Source: Schmidtea polychroa
Taxonomy: Eukaryota
Direction of reading: 5' to 3'
DNA length: 60,000 nucleotides
Assembly: GCA_044892525.1 (NCBI GenBank)
Contig: CM097885.1
Coordinates: forward strand, 25,980,001-26,040,000
Made by a program: the position numbers and the translations under genes. Positions 1 to 12,218 of this stretch are shown piece after piece (position 1 is the first letter of the stretch; each line of letters opens with the position of its first letter). A model generated the notes under the pieces. That model worked only from the letters and a program-made list of their open reading frames with translations, was not told the origin of the DNA and searched no databases.

Positions 1-1
1 A

Positions 2-475
2 AAGAGTATTAAAGTTCCAAAAGTTCCACCAACAACTAGTTATACACCATCTAAAATACTTGTAACTGAAAATTTCTCTGCAATGAATCTTATTTCGAAA
101 AATCCTAAACCTAAACGTGAAACCCGTAAAACCCGTAAAGCCGGTAAAAAAGTAATTAAAAATCATCGCAGTTTTCCATTTTTTAATGCATTGTTAAAGG
201 CCCCGAGTATGAAAAGAATGAATATATTGCAATCATTCCCAAATTTTGTTGTCGATGATTTACTCAATATTATACTTAAAGTAGTCAAAGGCAAAATTAA
301 AATCAGTAAATCAAAAAAGCATTTATTGAGCAAACATAGGAAACCTTTGTTATCATTAGTAAATAATAAAAATCGTAAGCAAATGAGGAAAATTATATAT
401 AAACAACAAGGTGGATTTATTGGTGCATTGATACCTCTGGCATTATCATTATTAGGTGGAGTTACACAGTCATAA
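2..475 (+). CDS. Basic virion core protein with adenovirus pX-like C-terminus (5' partial)
   Basis: Frame is open from position 2. Lys/Arg-rich, ending QQGG-FIGALIPLALSLLGG like the GGFLPALIP tail of adenovirus pX. Homologous to 58948-59274 and 17099-17550. Confidence 0.75.
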   Translation, partial: KSIKVPKVPPTTSYTPSKILVTENFSAMNLISKNPKPKRETRKTRKAGKKVIKNHRSFPFFNALLKAPSMKRMNILQSFPNFVVDDLLNIILKVVKGKIKISKSKKHLLSKHRKPLLSLVNNKNRKQMRKIIYKQQGGFIGALIPLALSLLGGVTQS

Positions 476-537
476 ACAATGGGTGCTAATCCTTCATTGC
501 CCGACATTAAATTTTAATTTTAAATCTTCTTGCTGTA

Positions 538-1656
<1,119 letters not shown>

Positions 1657-2661
1657 ATTTTTATACTATTTTACCGAGCAATAGTTGCCCATTAATTCAT
1701 CCAGACAATCAAGCCAGTAAATTTATGGTCAATCTCCAGAATCCGATTTCTTTAAATGGTGACTGGGAAGTTGCACTGCAAGATTTTACATTCGTGTACA
1801 ACACATTCCCATTTTATAGTCAATGTAAGATTGATTTCAAAAGGAATATTGTGAAAACATGTAGCGGTATCTTTATTATCAGTAATTATGATAAAACATA
1901 TCATATTCCGAACCAAATATTAGATTCGCATTGCTATATATTTTACAAGGATGGATTAAATATCAGTTGTGATTTTAAACCATTTACAATAACATTCGAA
2001 ACTATTGAAGATGCCAAACGAATGGGTTGCAATAAGTTGAAAAATATTGTTACGGAGACCGAGTATTTATTACGTTTTAATCTATTTGAAGCAAACAGTA
2101 TAGTGAAAGAAGAAATCAAAATATCTGTGTCGTATAATGATGAAGTTGAAGAATCATTCACCTTTGCTGATGAATTATATTTTGATAAACTTGATGTATT
2201 ACTTAAATATTTAAAGTTCAATTGTTCACACATATTTAAAAATTTGGAAATTGTGAAAGATTTGATGTTTACCTTCAGTTTGAATGAGGATATTTGCGAA
2301 GTTACATTTGATAAAAATTTGGCAAATTCACTTGGATTAGATAAGCAAAAATATAGAGAAAAATCGACTGGTATACGCAAACCAAGAATACTAGAACATC
2401 ATCAACAAATGTTCATATATACTAACATTATCGAACCCATAATTGTTGGTGATTCCAGTGTTCCTCTTTTGAAATCGGTATGGATTGGAAAATATGAACA
2501 TGATGAAGTTGTCAATATAAATATCGATAATCCCATGTATTTACCAATAGCAAGTTCATGTATAAACAATATAGAAATAAATATTCGTGATGATAGTGGA
2601 AAACTTATAAACTTTCCAAAAGGTTCAAAAACTCATTTGACATTACATTTTCGTAAAGTAG

Positions 2662-3030
2662 ATGGCTAATTCTGATATTATTAGTATGTATAGTGATAGC
2701 CAATCTGGCGGTGAATTACCATATTTTATTGGTAAACAGTACGGATCGGGATGGTTGAGAACAATTGGTAGATTTGCATTGCCTATTCTTAAACGTATTG
2801 GTAGTTTTGGTATGAAAACTGCAAAAGATCTTATTATGAATGAACGGAAAATATTACCATCTCTAAAATCAAATGCTTTAGCTGAATTAGGGAAAGTTTT
2901 ACCCGGGGTTGCAGGTATGTTTCAAAAAGAAAAACCTCCAGCTCCAGCTCCAGCTCCAAAACGTAAAAGACATGGAATATCACGTATAAACAAACGAATG
3001 AAAGGACATGGAACTATATTTGCAAAATGA
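2662..3030 (+). CDS. Small amphipathic core / membrane-active protein (PW/cupiennin-like)
   Basis: QSGG...QYGSGWLRTIGRFALPILKRIG amphipathic helix with a basic tail, located between penton and major capsid. Confidence 0.7.
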   Translation: MANSDIISMYSDSQSGGELPYFIGKQYGSGWLRTIGRFALPILKRIGSFGMKTAKDLIMNERKILPSLKSNALAELGKVLPGVAGMFQKEKPPAPAPAPKRKRHGISRINKRMKGHGTIFAK

Positions 3031-4249
3031 TTTGTGGTAAATCTGAATTATGCATATTTGATAGACCATCGCCCCAGGCTGTAATAGAATTTGGGGCATT
3101 TGAGGAAGTTTTTCCTATGAATTCAATTACCGATAGTAGAAATGATGTAGAATTTTACATCAATGGTTCTCAAACAGAATATTTAGATTTGAATGATACT
3201 TTATTGACTGTTCAAATCAAGGTTATAGATAAAGATAAAAAGGCTTTGGGTGATGCTGATGCTACAATACCTAATAATTTTTTGTTTCATACACTTTTTA
3301 AAGATGCTATTCTTGGATTTAATAATATCAAGATTGAAGGTGGCAACAATACATATATCCACAAGGCGATAATAGAAACTATTTTAAATTATAATACCGA
3401 CACCAAAAATACATGTCTTACTCCTATGGGTTATGCAGCAAGTGATGACGAACGGAAAAAATGGATTAAAGGCTCAAAGATTTTCACCATGTGTTCATCA
3501 TTACAACTCTATTTTATGGATCAACCAAAATATTTACTTCCAGGAGTCAATGTACACATTAGACTGAAAGAACCGATTCTTCTTTATCATTAACTAGTGG
3601 TGCTGGTCAACCAATATGTCAATTAGTTGATGCAAAATTACTAGTAAGAAGAGTTCGAGTTGATCCGTCGGTATTAGCAGGTCATCAGTTGGGTCTTAAT
3701 TCTAAGCATGCAATCTATCCTCTGAAAACAAAAGAAATTGTTTCATTTGCAATAGCCAAAGGTGCTTCTTCCTTCTATAAGGAACAAATATTTGGAGATA
3801 GAAGAATGCCAAACTTTATTCTGGTAACATTTCAAGGTGAAGCACAATATAATGGTTCATATAGTGCCTCCAGCTCAATTTTCAAAACCTTTGGTGTTAC
3901 ATCTCTAACTTTGTCGAAAAATACTGATTATCAAGAAACATATACTCAAGATTTCGATAGTGACAATTACTGTGCTACATATATGCAGAGTATTGTTAGA
4001 AATATGGGATATTTAGATAAAAATTTGAATTGCGGCATAACTCTTGAAGAATTCAAATCCAAATATCCATTCTTTACATTGGTTTTGGCCCCAGATTTTG
4101 ATTTGAATCAGAGTCAATTACCTCAAAATGGAAATTTACGATTAGATATAAAGTTTGCAAAAGCTATTACAGAACCTGTGCATGTTATAATATATGGAGT
4201 ATTTGAAAATGAAGTTCAAATTACTGCAAATAGAACCGTTCTGGTATAA
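3027..4249 (+). CDS. Major capsid protein (Polinton PY, double jelly-roll), frameshifted near 3569
   Basis: KSELCIF...EFYI...YLDLNDT, QPKYLLPGV and GNLRLDIKFAKA..VIIYG motifs. Adding one A at ctgaaagaacc joins the two ORFs (HIRLK-RTDSSLSL...LLVRRVRV). Confidence 0.88.
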
Positions 4250-4653
4250 ATGTATACAGAAATACAGAAAGTTGTCATGGAGTAAGTTGTTTTTTATACT
4301 GTTTAATTTATTAAAATAGTTCTGTTCAGGTTAATCGAATTGGAAAACAAATATTAGGAAATGAATTTTTAGGAGTTTTTCCTCTCGATAAAATACCATT
4401 TTTGAAAAATAATCAAGCCATAATCGTCAATACCCATTCATCTCATCTCGGCGGAGAGCATTGGATTGCAATCTATATGAAACCAGATAAGATACATGTA
4501 TTCGATCCTATGGGTTTCTATTATCCTGCTTTATTGGTTTCGAAACTACAAACGATGGGCAAACCTATTGTATATAATAAAACAATGTATCAACACCCTT
4601 TAACTCGTACGTGCGGACAACATTGTTTAGGATGGCTTATGTCTATTAAATAA
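4250..4653 (+). CDS. Adenain-like cysteine (maturation) protease; join(4250..4281,4320..4653), ATG 4277 an alternative start
   Basis: Spliced product MDSVQVNRIGKQILGNEFLGVFPLD...VNT...GEHWIA...FDPMG...YQHPLTRTCGQHC has the His/Asp/Gln/Cys residues. A 38-nt gtaagt...aatag intron restores the frame. Confidence 0.85.
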
Positions 4654-4679
4654 TAAATGTTTTTATAAAAATGTATTTT

Positions 4680-4691
4680 TATTATTTTATA

Positions 4692-4760
<69 letters not shown>
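4680..4760. repeat. (ATT)n microsatellite
   Basis: Direct reading of the sequence. Confidence 0.9.
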
Positions 4761-4762
<2 letters not shown>

Positions 4763-5021
4763 GTTTTATTATTTTTAAATATGTTTTATATTATTAGAAT
4801 ATTAAAAAATTCAGTCATGCACGGTGCATAATCCGTACATGATTAATAGTAATTGTAATGGTAATAATAATAATAAATTTAATTGTACTTTATTCTAAGA
4901 CTGACCGGATTCGCAAGTAATTAGAATAAATATTTGTTTAAAATGTCAATTTTACAGGTTTATATAAACTTATTATTTATATAAGTTCGTAAAGTTGTCT
5001 CTGAAAAATCAAAAACCCAAA

Positions 5022-5444
5022 ATGAACAATTCGATGAAAAATTCCAGTAATATTTTACGTGCTCTCTTAACGAACAGCAATGGTAATTTATTATTATTTA
5101 TATTAATATTTCTAATTATTTATTTTCAGATAATTTAGATTGGTATGATGTGTCTGAAAATGAAGAACTGTTGGATTTGGAACATATTTTCGGTGAATTT
5201 TTTAAATTTGAGTTATTAATATTATTATTGTCTTAGAACCAATAACAATTGAAGATGATGACGATGCTTCAATTATTATTATTGAGGACGATGTTTTAGG
5301 TAAATTTATTTATTTATTTATTAAATTATTTAATAAATTATTATTGATACAGAAAATGATGCCACCGTTTCTATTGAGGAGGAAAGAGAAATTAATGCCC
5401 CCGTTTCTATTGGGGAGGAAACAGATTTGGAGGAGACTTGTTAG
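5022..5444 (+). CDS. Predicted 92-aa acidic four-exon protein; join(5022..5082,5130..5192,5237..5299,5353..5444)
   Basis: Three phase-1 GT-AG introns (47, 44, 53 nt) and two 63-nt internal exons give an open frame to TAG 5442-5444. TATATAAA at 4961-4968 and AATAAA near 5519. Confidence 0.65.
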
Positions 5445-5658
5445 TATTAATTTATTTTTAAGTATATTTTTTATAAAGTTTATTTTTAAGTCTATTTTAT
5501 AAGCTTTAAATGTATATAAATAAATATTAATACTATAATGTCAGTATATGATGTATATAAGTATGTATATAAAATATACAGTATATACATACTTATGCTA
5601 ATTTTTTTTTCTATCGTCATATAGTTTGCAGTCAGCATGCAACTATTGTCTTCTGATC

Positions 5659-5685
5659 ATAATAATAATAATAATAATAAAAATC

Positions 5686-5770
<85 letters not shown>

Positions 5771-5772
5771 TC

Positions 5773-5837
<65 letters not shown>

Positions 5838-5838
5838 C

Positions 5839-5873
<35 letters not shown>

Positions 5874-5901
5874 CATAATAATAATAATAATAATAATAAT
5901 A
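5659..5901. repeat. (AAT)n microsatellite with AATCAT interruptions
   Basis: Direct reading; it explains the poly-I and poly-N pseudo-ORFs. Confidence 0.95.
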
Positions 5902-6041
5902 TAGTTATTATATAGTTTCAATCCAACAAGTCAAAATTTAATTTAATAATCTCCATTTTATTGAAACAATTTAAATTTTCAACAATCAATATTCTCATAC
6001 ATACATTGAAACCGTATTTTATATTTATAATAATAATAATG

Positions 6042-6113
<72 letters not shown>

Positions 6114-6117
6114 TTAA

Positions 6118-6509
6118 TAATACTAAGTTTTTGATAATAAATTAAAAGTGAAACGTTGAGAATCAAATAGAGAAAATAACGAACTTTGTCCATTTACATG
6201 TGATGAGTTTAATGTAAATATTATTGAATTTGTTCTAATATCGACAAATTTATTTTGGACAAAGTCCCTTATTTTCTCTATTTGATTCTCATCGTTTCAC
6301 TTTATTTATTATCAAAAACTTAGTATTAATATTATTATTATTATTTTTCTATTTTAAACATTAATTTATCATGAATCCCATTTCGATAGTTAGTTTGAAT
6401 ATCGATATAAACAAACAATTTGTATTTGATATTTTTATATTTAATTATTTTGGGTACTTACTTTATAATTATATATCTGACAGTAATATGAAAAATATAA
6501 GTGACAATG

Positions 6510-6605
<96 letters not shown>

Positions 6606-6723
6606 TATAATAATAATAATAATAATACTAAGTTTTTGACATGAAATTAGAAACGAAACGATGAGAATCAAATAGAGAAAATAACGAACTTTGTCCAAAA
6701 TAAATTTATCGATATTAGCACAA

Positions 6724-6788
<65 letters not shown>

Positions 6789-6952
6789 ATTGTCACTTAT
6801 AATTGTCATATTACTGTCAGATATATAATTATAAAGTAAGTACCCAAAATAATTAAATATAAAAATATCAAAAACAAATTGTTTGTTTATTTCGATATTC
6901 AAACTAACTATCGAAATGGGAGTTATGATAAATTAATGTTTAAAATAGAAAA
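6118..6952. repeat. Nested inverted/direct repeat complex upstream of pPolB
   Basis: Unit A 6118-6192, inverted A' 6228-6335, unit B 6345-6515, A again 6623-6727, inverted B' 6782-6952, separated by AAT/ATT tracts. Confidence 0.85.
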
Positions 6953-7174
6953 ATAAATGCCCCATATAAATATCAATAAATACATGATAATAATATTGAA
7001 TAAAAACATTGCAATAACTCTACAATAAAATTACATTATGAATACACTTTTTATGATTAATATTTTTTCAATAATTTATAAATATATTTGATATATATTT
7101 ATAATTTATCAGGTCCATTATACCCACGATACTGTGTATCGTCAATCGGACATAGTTTGATATGCCACAAAAAT

Positions 7175-10100
7175 ATGAAGAAATATTATCGCCAACATTT
7201 TAATGGCATCAACTTTTTTATTTGCCCCATATGCAAAACTTCCCAGAGTGTAAGGTATAAGGAATTTTATAGTCAACATTCTCAGCACTTAAATTCTTTC
7301 AAAACAAATAAACAAGAACTGTTTAAAATAATAAATAAGAATAACATTGAAATTGTAAATATTTTAAATAATAACACAAAAAAGAAATCTAATAAAAGAT
7401 CTGCTGAACATAGGGTGTCTAAAATTAAAAATAAAATTATAAAAACTGAAGTCATTGAGATCAGTGACGACGAAATTATTAAAAATGAAGTCATTCTACT
7501 CAGTGATGACGAATGTAATAATATTATATATACTATAAATCATGATATTATAAATGATAATATTAATACTATAAATACTATAAATGAAAATATAAATAAT
7601 GATAATACTATAAATACTATAAATCAAATAGGTGGATCATCTTTAGCGATTGAGCCGATAATAGAATCAAATTTAAATGGCGCCATTCGAACTATTCGAT
7701 TTGATATTGCCGATTCACAATTAATTAAAATTATAATAACGGATAGGATCACTGAAAAGTTAACATCTGAAATAAATAACATGGGTAGCGTCAAAATTCA
7801 ATTCGCTATTCTTATAAGATTTGAAAAAGATGGGGAAATCCGTGACAACTACTTTTCAAATAAAGCCGAGATCTTTTCGGATAACTTTTTAATTGAGGGG
7901 GTTAATAAGTTAAACGAAAAAATTGAAAAGTTTACCTATTTAGGTAGTGGCTGGAGAGTAATTAATATCTTAGAGATTGATTTCATTCTGACTAAATTTG
8001 CTCCTATTTGTCGCCTATCTGGTCATAGTTACATTCGTACACCTGCAGATTTGAAATCTAAAGGAGCTATTATAAATGTTAAAAATAAGGATCATAAGTG
8101 TTTTCTATATAGTATTCTCGCGCTCTTGAAAAAAGATGAAATAGGTAGCCACCCTGAAAGAGTTTCAAAATATGAAAATCTTTTAAATATTCTTAATTAC
8201 AATGAAGTCATGGATTGTCCGATGAAATTGTGTAATATACCTAAATTCGAAAAGAAAAATTTAGACTTAAATCTCGCCATAAATGTTCTGGCTTATACCC
8301 CTACTGTGATAGTTGATGATGATCAGGTTCCTAATGACTATGTTTTTAAACACCCCCACTTAAGTATAATTCACAGATCAACGGTTACTGGCGGTACTCC
8401 AATTTATTTATTACTCTTGGAAAATAAGGATAATTATCATTACACCGCAGTGACCAACATTACACGTTTAATGAACTGCCATCGTAATAATGACTGTAGT
8501 ATTCAAATAAGATGCAAATGGTGCCCACATTGTCTTAACGGTTTTCGAATGGACAATGCTTTCACTAAACATGTGGCCCTTTGCAGTAAAAATCAAACGG
8601 GTACAACCCTTTACACTTTACCCGAAAATAAATATTTAGTGTTTCAAAATCATTCAAAGAGAATCACCCCACCCTTTGTTATTTATGCCGATTTTGAATC
8701 GGTTTTACCTAAAGATGTTAAACATCATCAAATACATTTACCTATTTCAGCAGGTCTTTTATTAATAAATAATCTTAACAATAGAAAATCGTATTACGAG
8801 TTTTATGGTCTTGATTGTATACCTCAATTTCTTAAAAAAGTAGAGCAAATTGCTGTCACAATTGTCCTACCTTATTATGAGCTTGAAGGGAAAAAACGGT
8901 TAGGACCTATGACTTTTGCTGAGGAACGACAATTCAAATCTTGTAGGAACTGCTATCTTTGCAAGAAGGTTTTATCCCTTGCTGTTCGAGATCATGACCA
9001 TTTTACTGGTAATTATCTCGGTGCAGCCTGTAGGAAATGTAATATGGCTCGCAGAATTTATAAACAGCTGCCGATTGTATTTCATAATTTACGAGGCTAC
9101 GACTTACACCATATTTTAAAATATGGTCTCAATGGCTTTCCTTCTTGGAATTTGAATATAATACCCACAAGCACAGAGAAATTTATCTCGATGATTGTTC
9201 ACATTAAAAAATTAGCTGTTCGTTTTATCGACAACATACAATTTGTTAATTGTTCTTTGGCTAAGGCTGTAAAAACTCTAACTGATCTTCCTTTGACTTC
9301 GTCGGTTTTTGATAGGCTAATAATAGATGCTAAAGCCATATTTCCTTATGATTATGCGACTGATTTGGATGTACTTGAAACCACTTATGAATTGCCTCCT
9401 ATTTGGTCTGGTGTTACTGAAGATGAGTATGCTAAGGCTCAACTTATTTGGACTCAACAACGTTGTACTAAATTGGCTGACTATATGTTAACTTATCAAA
9501 AATTGGATGTATTCCTCCTTGCGGACTATTTCCAACAATTCCGTGCCAAGGCCATTGCATACAATGGTCTAGAACCTCTAAACTTTTATGGTATTCCGGG
9601 TATGTCATGGGCCTCAGCGCTTATGACATTAACTGAACCTATAGAACTTTTACAGGACATGGAAATGTTCAATTTTTACGAAGGAGGAATACGTGGTGGG
9701 TTAACATTTGTTAACAAACATTACGTTGCTGCTTCTGATAATACAGAATTATTATATATTGATATAAATAATCTGTATTGTTGGGCTCTTAGCCAAAATC
9801 TTCCTTTTGCTGATTTCACTTGGGTGTATGATGGATTGAATGATGTATTGCTTGAGTGCATGAATGTTGACATTGAAATCCTTCCCTATGGTTATACCAT
9901 AGAAGTGGATATAGATATTCCAGAAATTTTTCATGATTTTTTAAATGACTTTCCTCTTGCTCCTGAGAAAATGTGCCCGCCTGGTTCGAAAGTTGAGAAG
10001 TTGATGCTCACGCATTGGCCAAAGAAGAACCATGTTCTTCATTGGAGGCTTCTCAAGCTTTATTTGTCTCTTGGTGCCAAAGTTGTACACATCCATAGGG

Positions 10101-11047
10101 CTATAAAATTCAAGCAAGCACCGATTTTTAAAAATTATATAAATAAAAATACACAGCTAAGAGCTGAAGCAAGCAGTGAACTGTACAGAGATTTATTCAA
10201 ATTGTATAATAATAGCTTGTACGGTAAATCCGTTGAAAACCTTAAGAAGAGATTAAATTTACGACTATGTAATTCCGCGGAAAAATTAATTACATATTCA
10301 TCAAAACCATCATTTAGAAAAACCATCAAAATTGATGATGATCTTTTTGGTGTACATCTCAATAAGGAGTCTATATGTTTGGATAGACCCAGCTACATCG
10401 GACAATCAGTGCTGGATTTATCCAAACTAAGGATGTATCAATTACAGTACATAGAATTAGCAAAATATAGGAGTCAGTTTAACTGTGATATAAATATAGT
10501 TGCGGGTGATACCGATAGTTTCTTCTTAGAGGTCAAAAATGTAAAGCTTGACGTTCTTTTGCCAGCGATGATTTCGGATGACTTGTTAGACACCTCAAAT
10601 TATGATCCCTCTCATCCTTTATATTCTAGGAGACTCGACTTAGTTATAGGAAAGTTTGAGGATGAGAGTAAGGGTGTAGGATATAGTGAGTGGGTTTTCT
10701 TGCGACCAAAGTGCTACAGTCTTTTAGGAAATAAATCTACTATGAGAGCTAAGGGCGTAAAATTACCAGGTACAGATATAAAACATCAATCCTATTTAGA
10801 CTGTTACAACAACAACACAGTTATTTCTGTACCTCAGACTAGAATAGGAACCCGAAATCATCAGCTTTTTACCTTTAAAAACTCAAAGATTGCTTTAACT
10901 AATCATGATGATAAAAGAGCTTGGGTAGAGAAAAACTCTAGTTTTGCATATGGTCATTATTTAGGGGTTGATGTCATTGATAATGACGATAATGATATTC
11001 AATCAGGAGCAGATCCCGATCTCATCAATCAACATCTACAAGATTAA
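7175..11047 (+). CDS. Protein-primed family B DNA polymerase (pPolB) with N-terminal terminal-protein/OTU-like region and endonuclease VII-like insert
   Basis: GSGW, INVKNKDHKCF..HY, exonuclease YADFES and VFHNLRGYD, CYLC..RDHDHFTG..AACRKCN, polymerase YIDINNLY, KLYNNSLYGK and GDTDS. First ATG is 7175; the frame is open from 7088 with a possible acceptor at 7111-7112. Confidence 0.95.
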   Translation: MKKYYRQHFNGINFFICPICKTSQSVRYKEFYSQHSQHLNSFKTNKQELFKIINKNNIEIVNILNNNTKKKSNKRSAEHRVSKIKNKIIKTEVIEISDDEIIKNEVILLSDDECNNIIYTINHDIINDNINTINTINENINNDNTINTINQIGGSSLAIEPIIESNLNGAIRTIRFDIADSQLIKIIITDRITEKLTSEINNMGSVKIQFAILIRFEKDGEIRDNYFSNKAEIFSDNFLIEGVNKLNEKIEKFTYLGSGWRVINILEIDFILTKFAPICRLSGHSYIRTPADLKSKGAIINVKNKDHKCFLYSILALLKKDEIGSHPERVSKYENLLNILNYNEVMDCPMKLCNIPKFEKKNLDLNLAINVLAYTPTVIVDDDQVPNDYVFKHPHLSIIHRSTVTGGTPIYLLLLENKDNYHYTAVTNITRLMNCHRNNDCSIQIRCKWCPHCLNGFRMDNAFTKHVALCSKNQTGTTLYTLPENKYLVFQNHSKRITPPFVIYADFESVLPKDVKHHQIHLPISAGLLLINNLNNRKSYYEFYGLDCIPQFLKKVEQIAVTIVLPYYELEGKKRLGPMTFAEERQFKSCRNCYLCKKVLSLAVRDHDHFTGNYLGAACRKCNMARRIYKQLPIVFHNLRGYDLHHILKYGLNGFPSWNLNIIPTSTEKFISMIVHIKKLAVRFIDNIQFVNCSLAKAVKTLTDLPLTSSVFDRLIIDAKAIFPYDYATDLDVLETTYELPPIWSGVTEDEYAKAQLIWTQQRCTKLADYMLTYQKLDVFLLADYFQQFRAKAIAYNGLEPLNFYGIPGMSWASALMTLTEPIELLQDMEMFNFYEGGIRGGLTFVNKHYVAASDNTELLYIDINNLYCWALSQNLPFADFTWVYDGLNDVLLECMNVDIEILPYGYTIEVDIDIPEIFHDFLNDFPLAPEKMCPPGSKVEKLMLTHWPKKNHVLHWRLLKLYLSLGAKVVHIHRAIKFKQAPIFKNYINKNTQLRAEASSELYRDLFKLYNNSLYGKSVENLKKRLNLRLCNSAEKLITYSSKPSFRKTIKIDDDLFGVHLNKESICLDRPSYIGQSVLDLSKLRMYQLQYIELAKYRSQFNCDINIVAGDTDSFFLEVKNVKLDVLLPAMISDDLLDTSNYDPSHPLYSRRLDLVIGKFEDESKGVGYSEWVFLRPKCYSLLGNKSTMRAKGVKLPGTDIKHQSYLDCYNNNTVISVPQTRIGTRNHQLFTFKNSKIALTNHDDKRAWVEKNSSFAYGHYLGVDVIDNDDNDIQSGADPDLINQHLQD

Positions 11048-11456
11048 TTTAATTCTGTGATCGGACTTGTTTGAATTTTTGTAAAATAGAAATTATTGTA
11101 AAGTCTCTTTTTCGTTTTATAATTATCGGTTTTATTTCTTTGATTTTTTTTTTTAATAATTTGATGTGTAAAAGTATTTTATTAGAATGTAGTTTGTTAA
11201 TAAAAATAATAATAAAAATAATAATACTTACTATATTGTGCACAAACATTATATCTTCAAATATATAACCATTGGATAGAGCTCTTCAAGACCTTTTTAA
11301 TGAACCATTATTCAATAAAATCTATCGAAGATAATCCTTAAAATTACCATTATTGATTTTAAATTATTTTCTTGTTTAATAAATGAGTTGTTTTAATGTA
11401 TCTCTTATAAATGTGTGCAGAATAAGTATTTTCATAAATTTATTAAGAAATTACTG

Positions 11457-11966
11457 ATGACCACGAGATCATTCAAGTTTTTAAACTGCACCGTTGAAGA
11501 TTTTATGAACAATTATGATACTCTCACTGAAAAGGAAACCATAAAAATTTTAGAAATTTTCAAACATTCCTCCATTGGATATTTGATTGATTTATTTAAT
11601 TACAATAAATGCATTTTGAAGTTATCGATTTATTTGATGCATTTAGACAAAGCAATAGTATATAATGATTCATTGAATGAATGCTTTTGGAATTGTATGG
11701 ATTTAAGGCTGGAACCAGGATATAGTAGTAGATTGATTTATGAATGGATATCGAAATCCGAATTGATTGAAAATAAGCTAAGGAAAAAACTCAATGATGG
11801 TAGGAAAATGTATTTAACTTGTTACATTTGTAAAGAAAATCAAGTATCGGTTTTGTTTTTACCTTGCGGACATGTAATTGTATGTTCTAAATGCCATGAT
11901 TCAAATGTTCGCAAATGTAAAGCATGTTCAATGTATATTAATGAGTATCATAGTATATACATTTAA
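11457..11966 (+). CDS. IAP-type C3HC4 RING finger protein (putative E3 ligase, no BIR seen)
   Basis: C-terminal CYIC...VLFLPCGHVIVCSKC...CKAC...IYI closely follows the IAP RING pattern. Confidence 0.8.
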   Translation: MTTRSFKFLNCTVEDFMNNYDTLTEKETIKILEIFKHSSIGYLIDLFNYNKCILKLSIYLMHLDKAIVYNDSLNECFWNCMDLRLEPGYSSRLIYEWISKSELIENKLRKKLNDGRKMYLTCYICKENQVSVLFLPCGHVIVCSKCHDSNVRKCKACSMYINEYHSIYI

Positions 11967-12218
11967 TAAACATTTATTTCTTTACCTTTGTTATTAATAC
12001 TTTGAATATTGTAAATAATAAAACTATGTATCAAATAATAATATTCAAACTAAACCAAATTTACAAACTACCGCCCCAGCCCCTTCGGGGCGGGCGAACG
12101 GCGGTTGTGTATGTCGAGGATTTTAATTTTTATTAAATGCATTTGTTTGATTTCAGAATTCGATTTGTGTGACTAACCTTGTTAAATTTGAGTTGATGTA
12201 TTCGAGGGGAAAAGAAAT

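Noticed and set aside
4943..4985. Extra upstream exon and 28-nt intron for the acidic gene
   Set aside because: The intron is shorter than the others here and overlaps the TATA box that fits ATG 5022.
5626..6698. Poly-Ile and poly-Asn ORFs (also 806-1030, 20036-20242, 56920-57165)
   Set aside because: They are translations of (AAT)n microsatellites.
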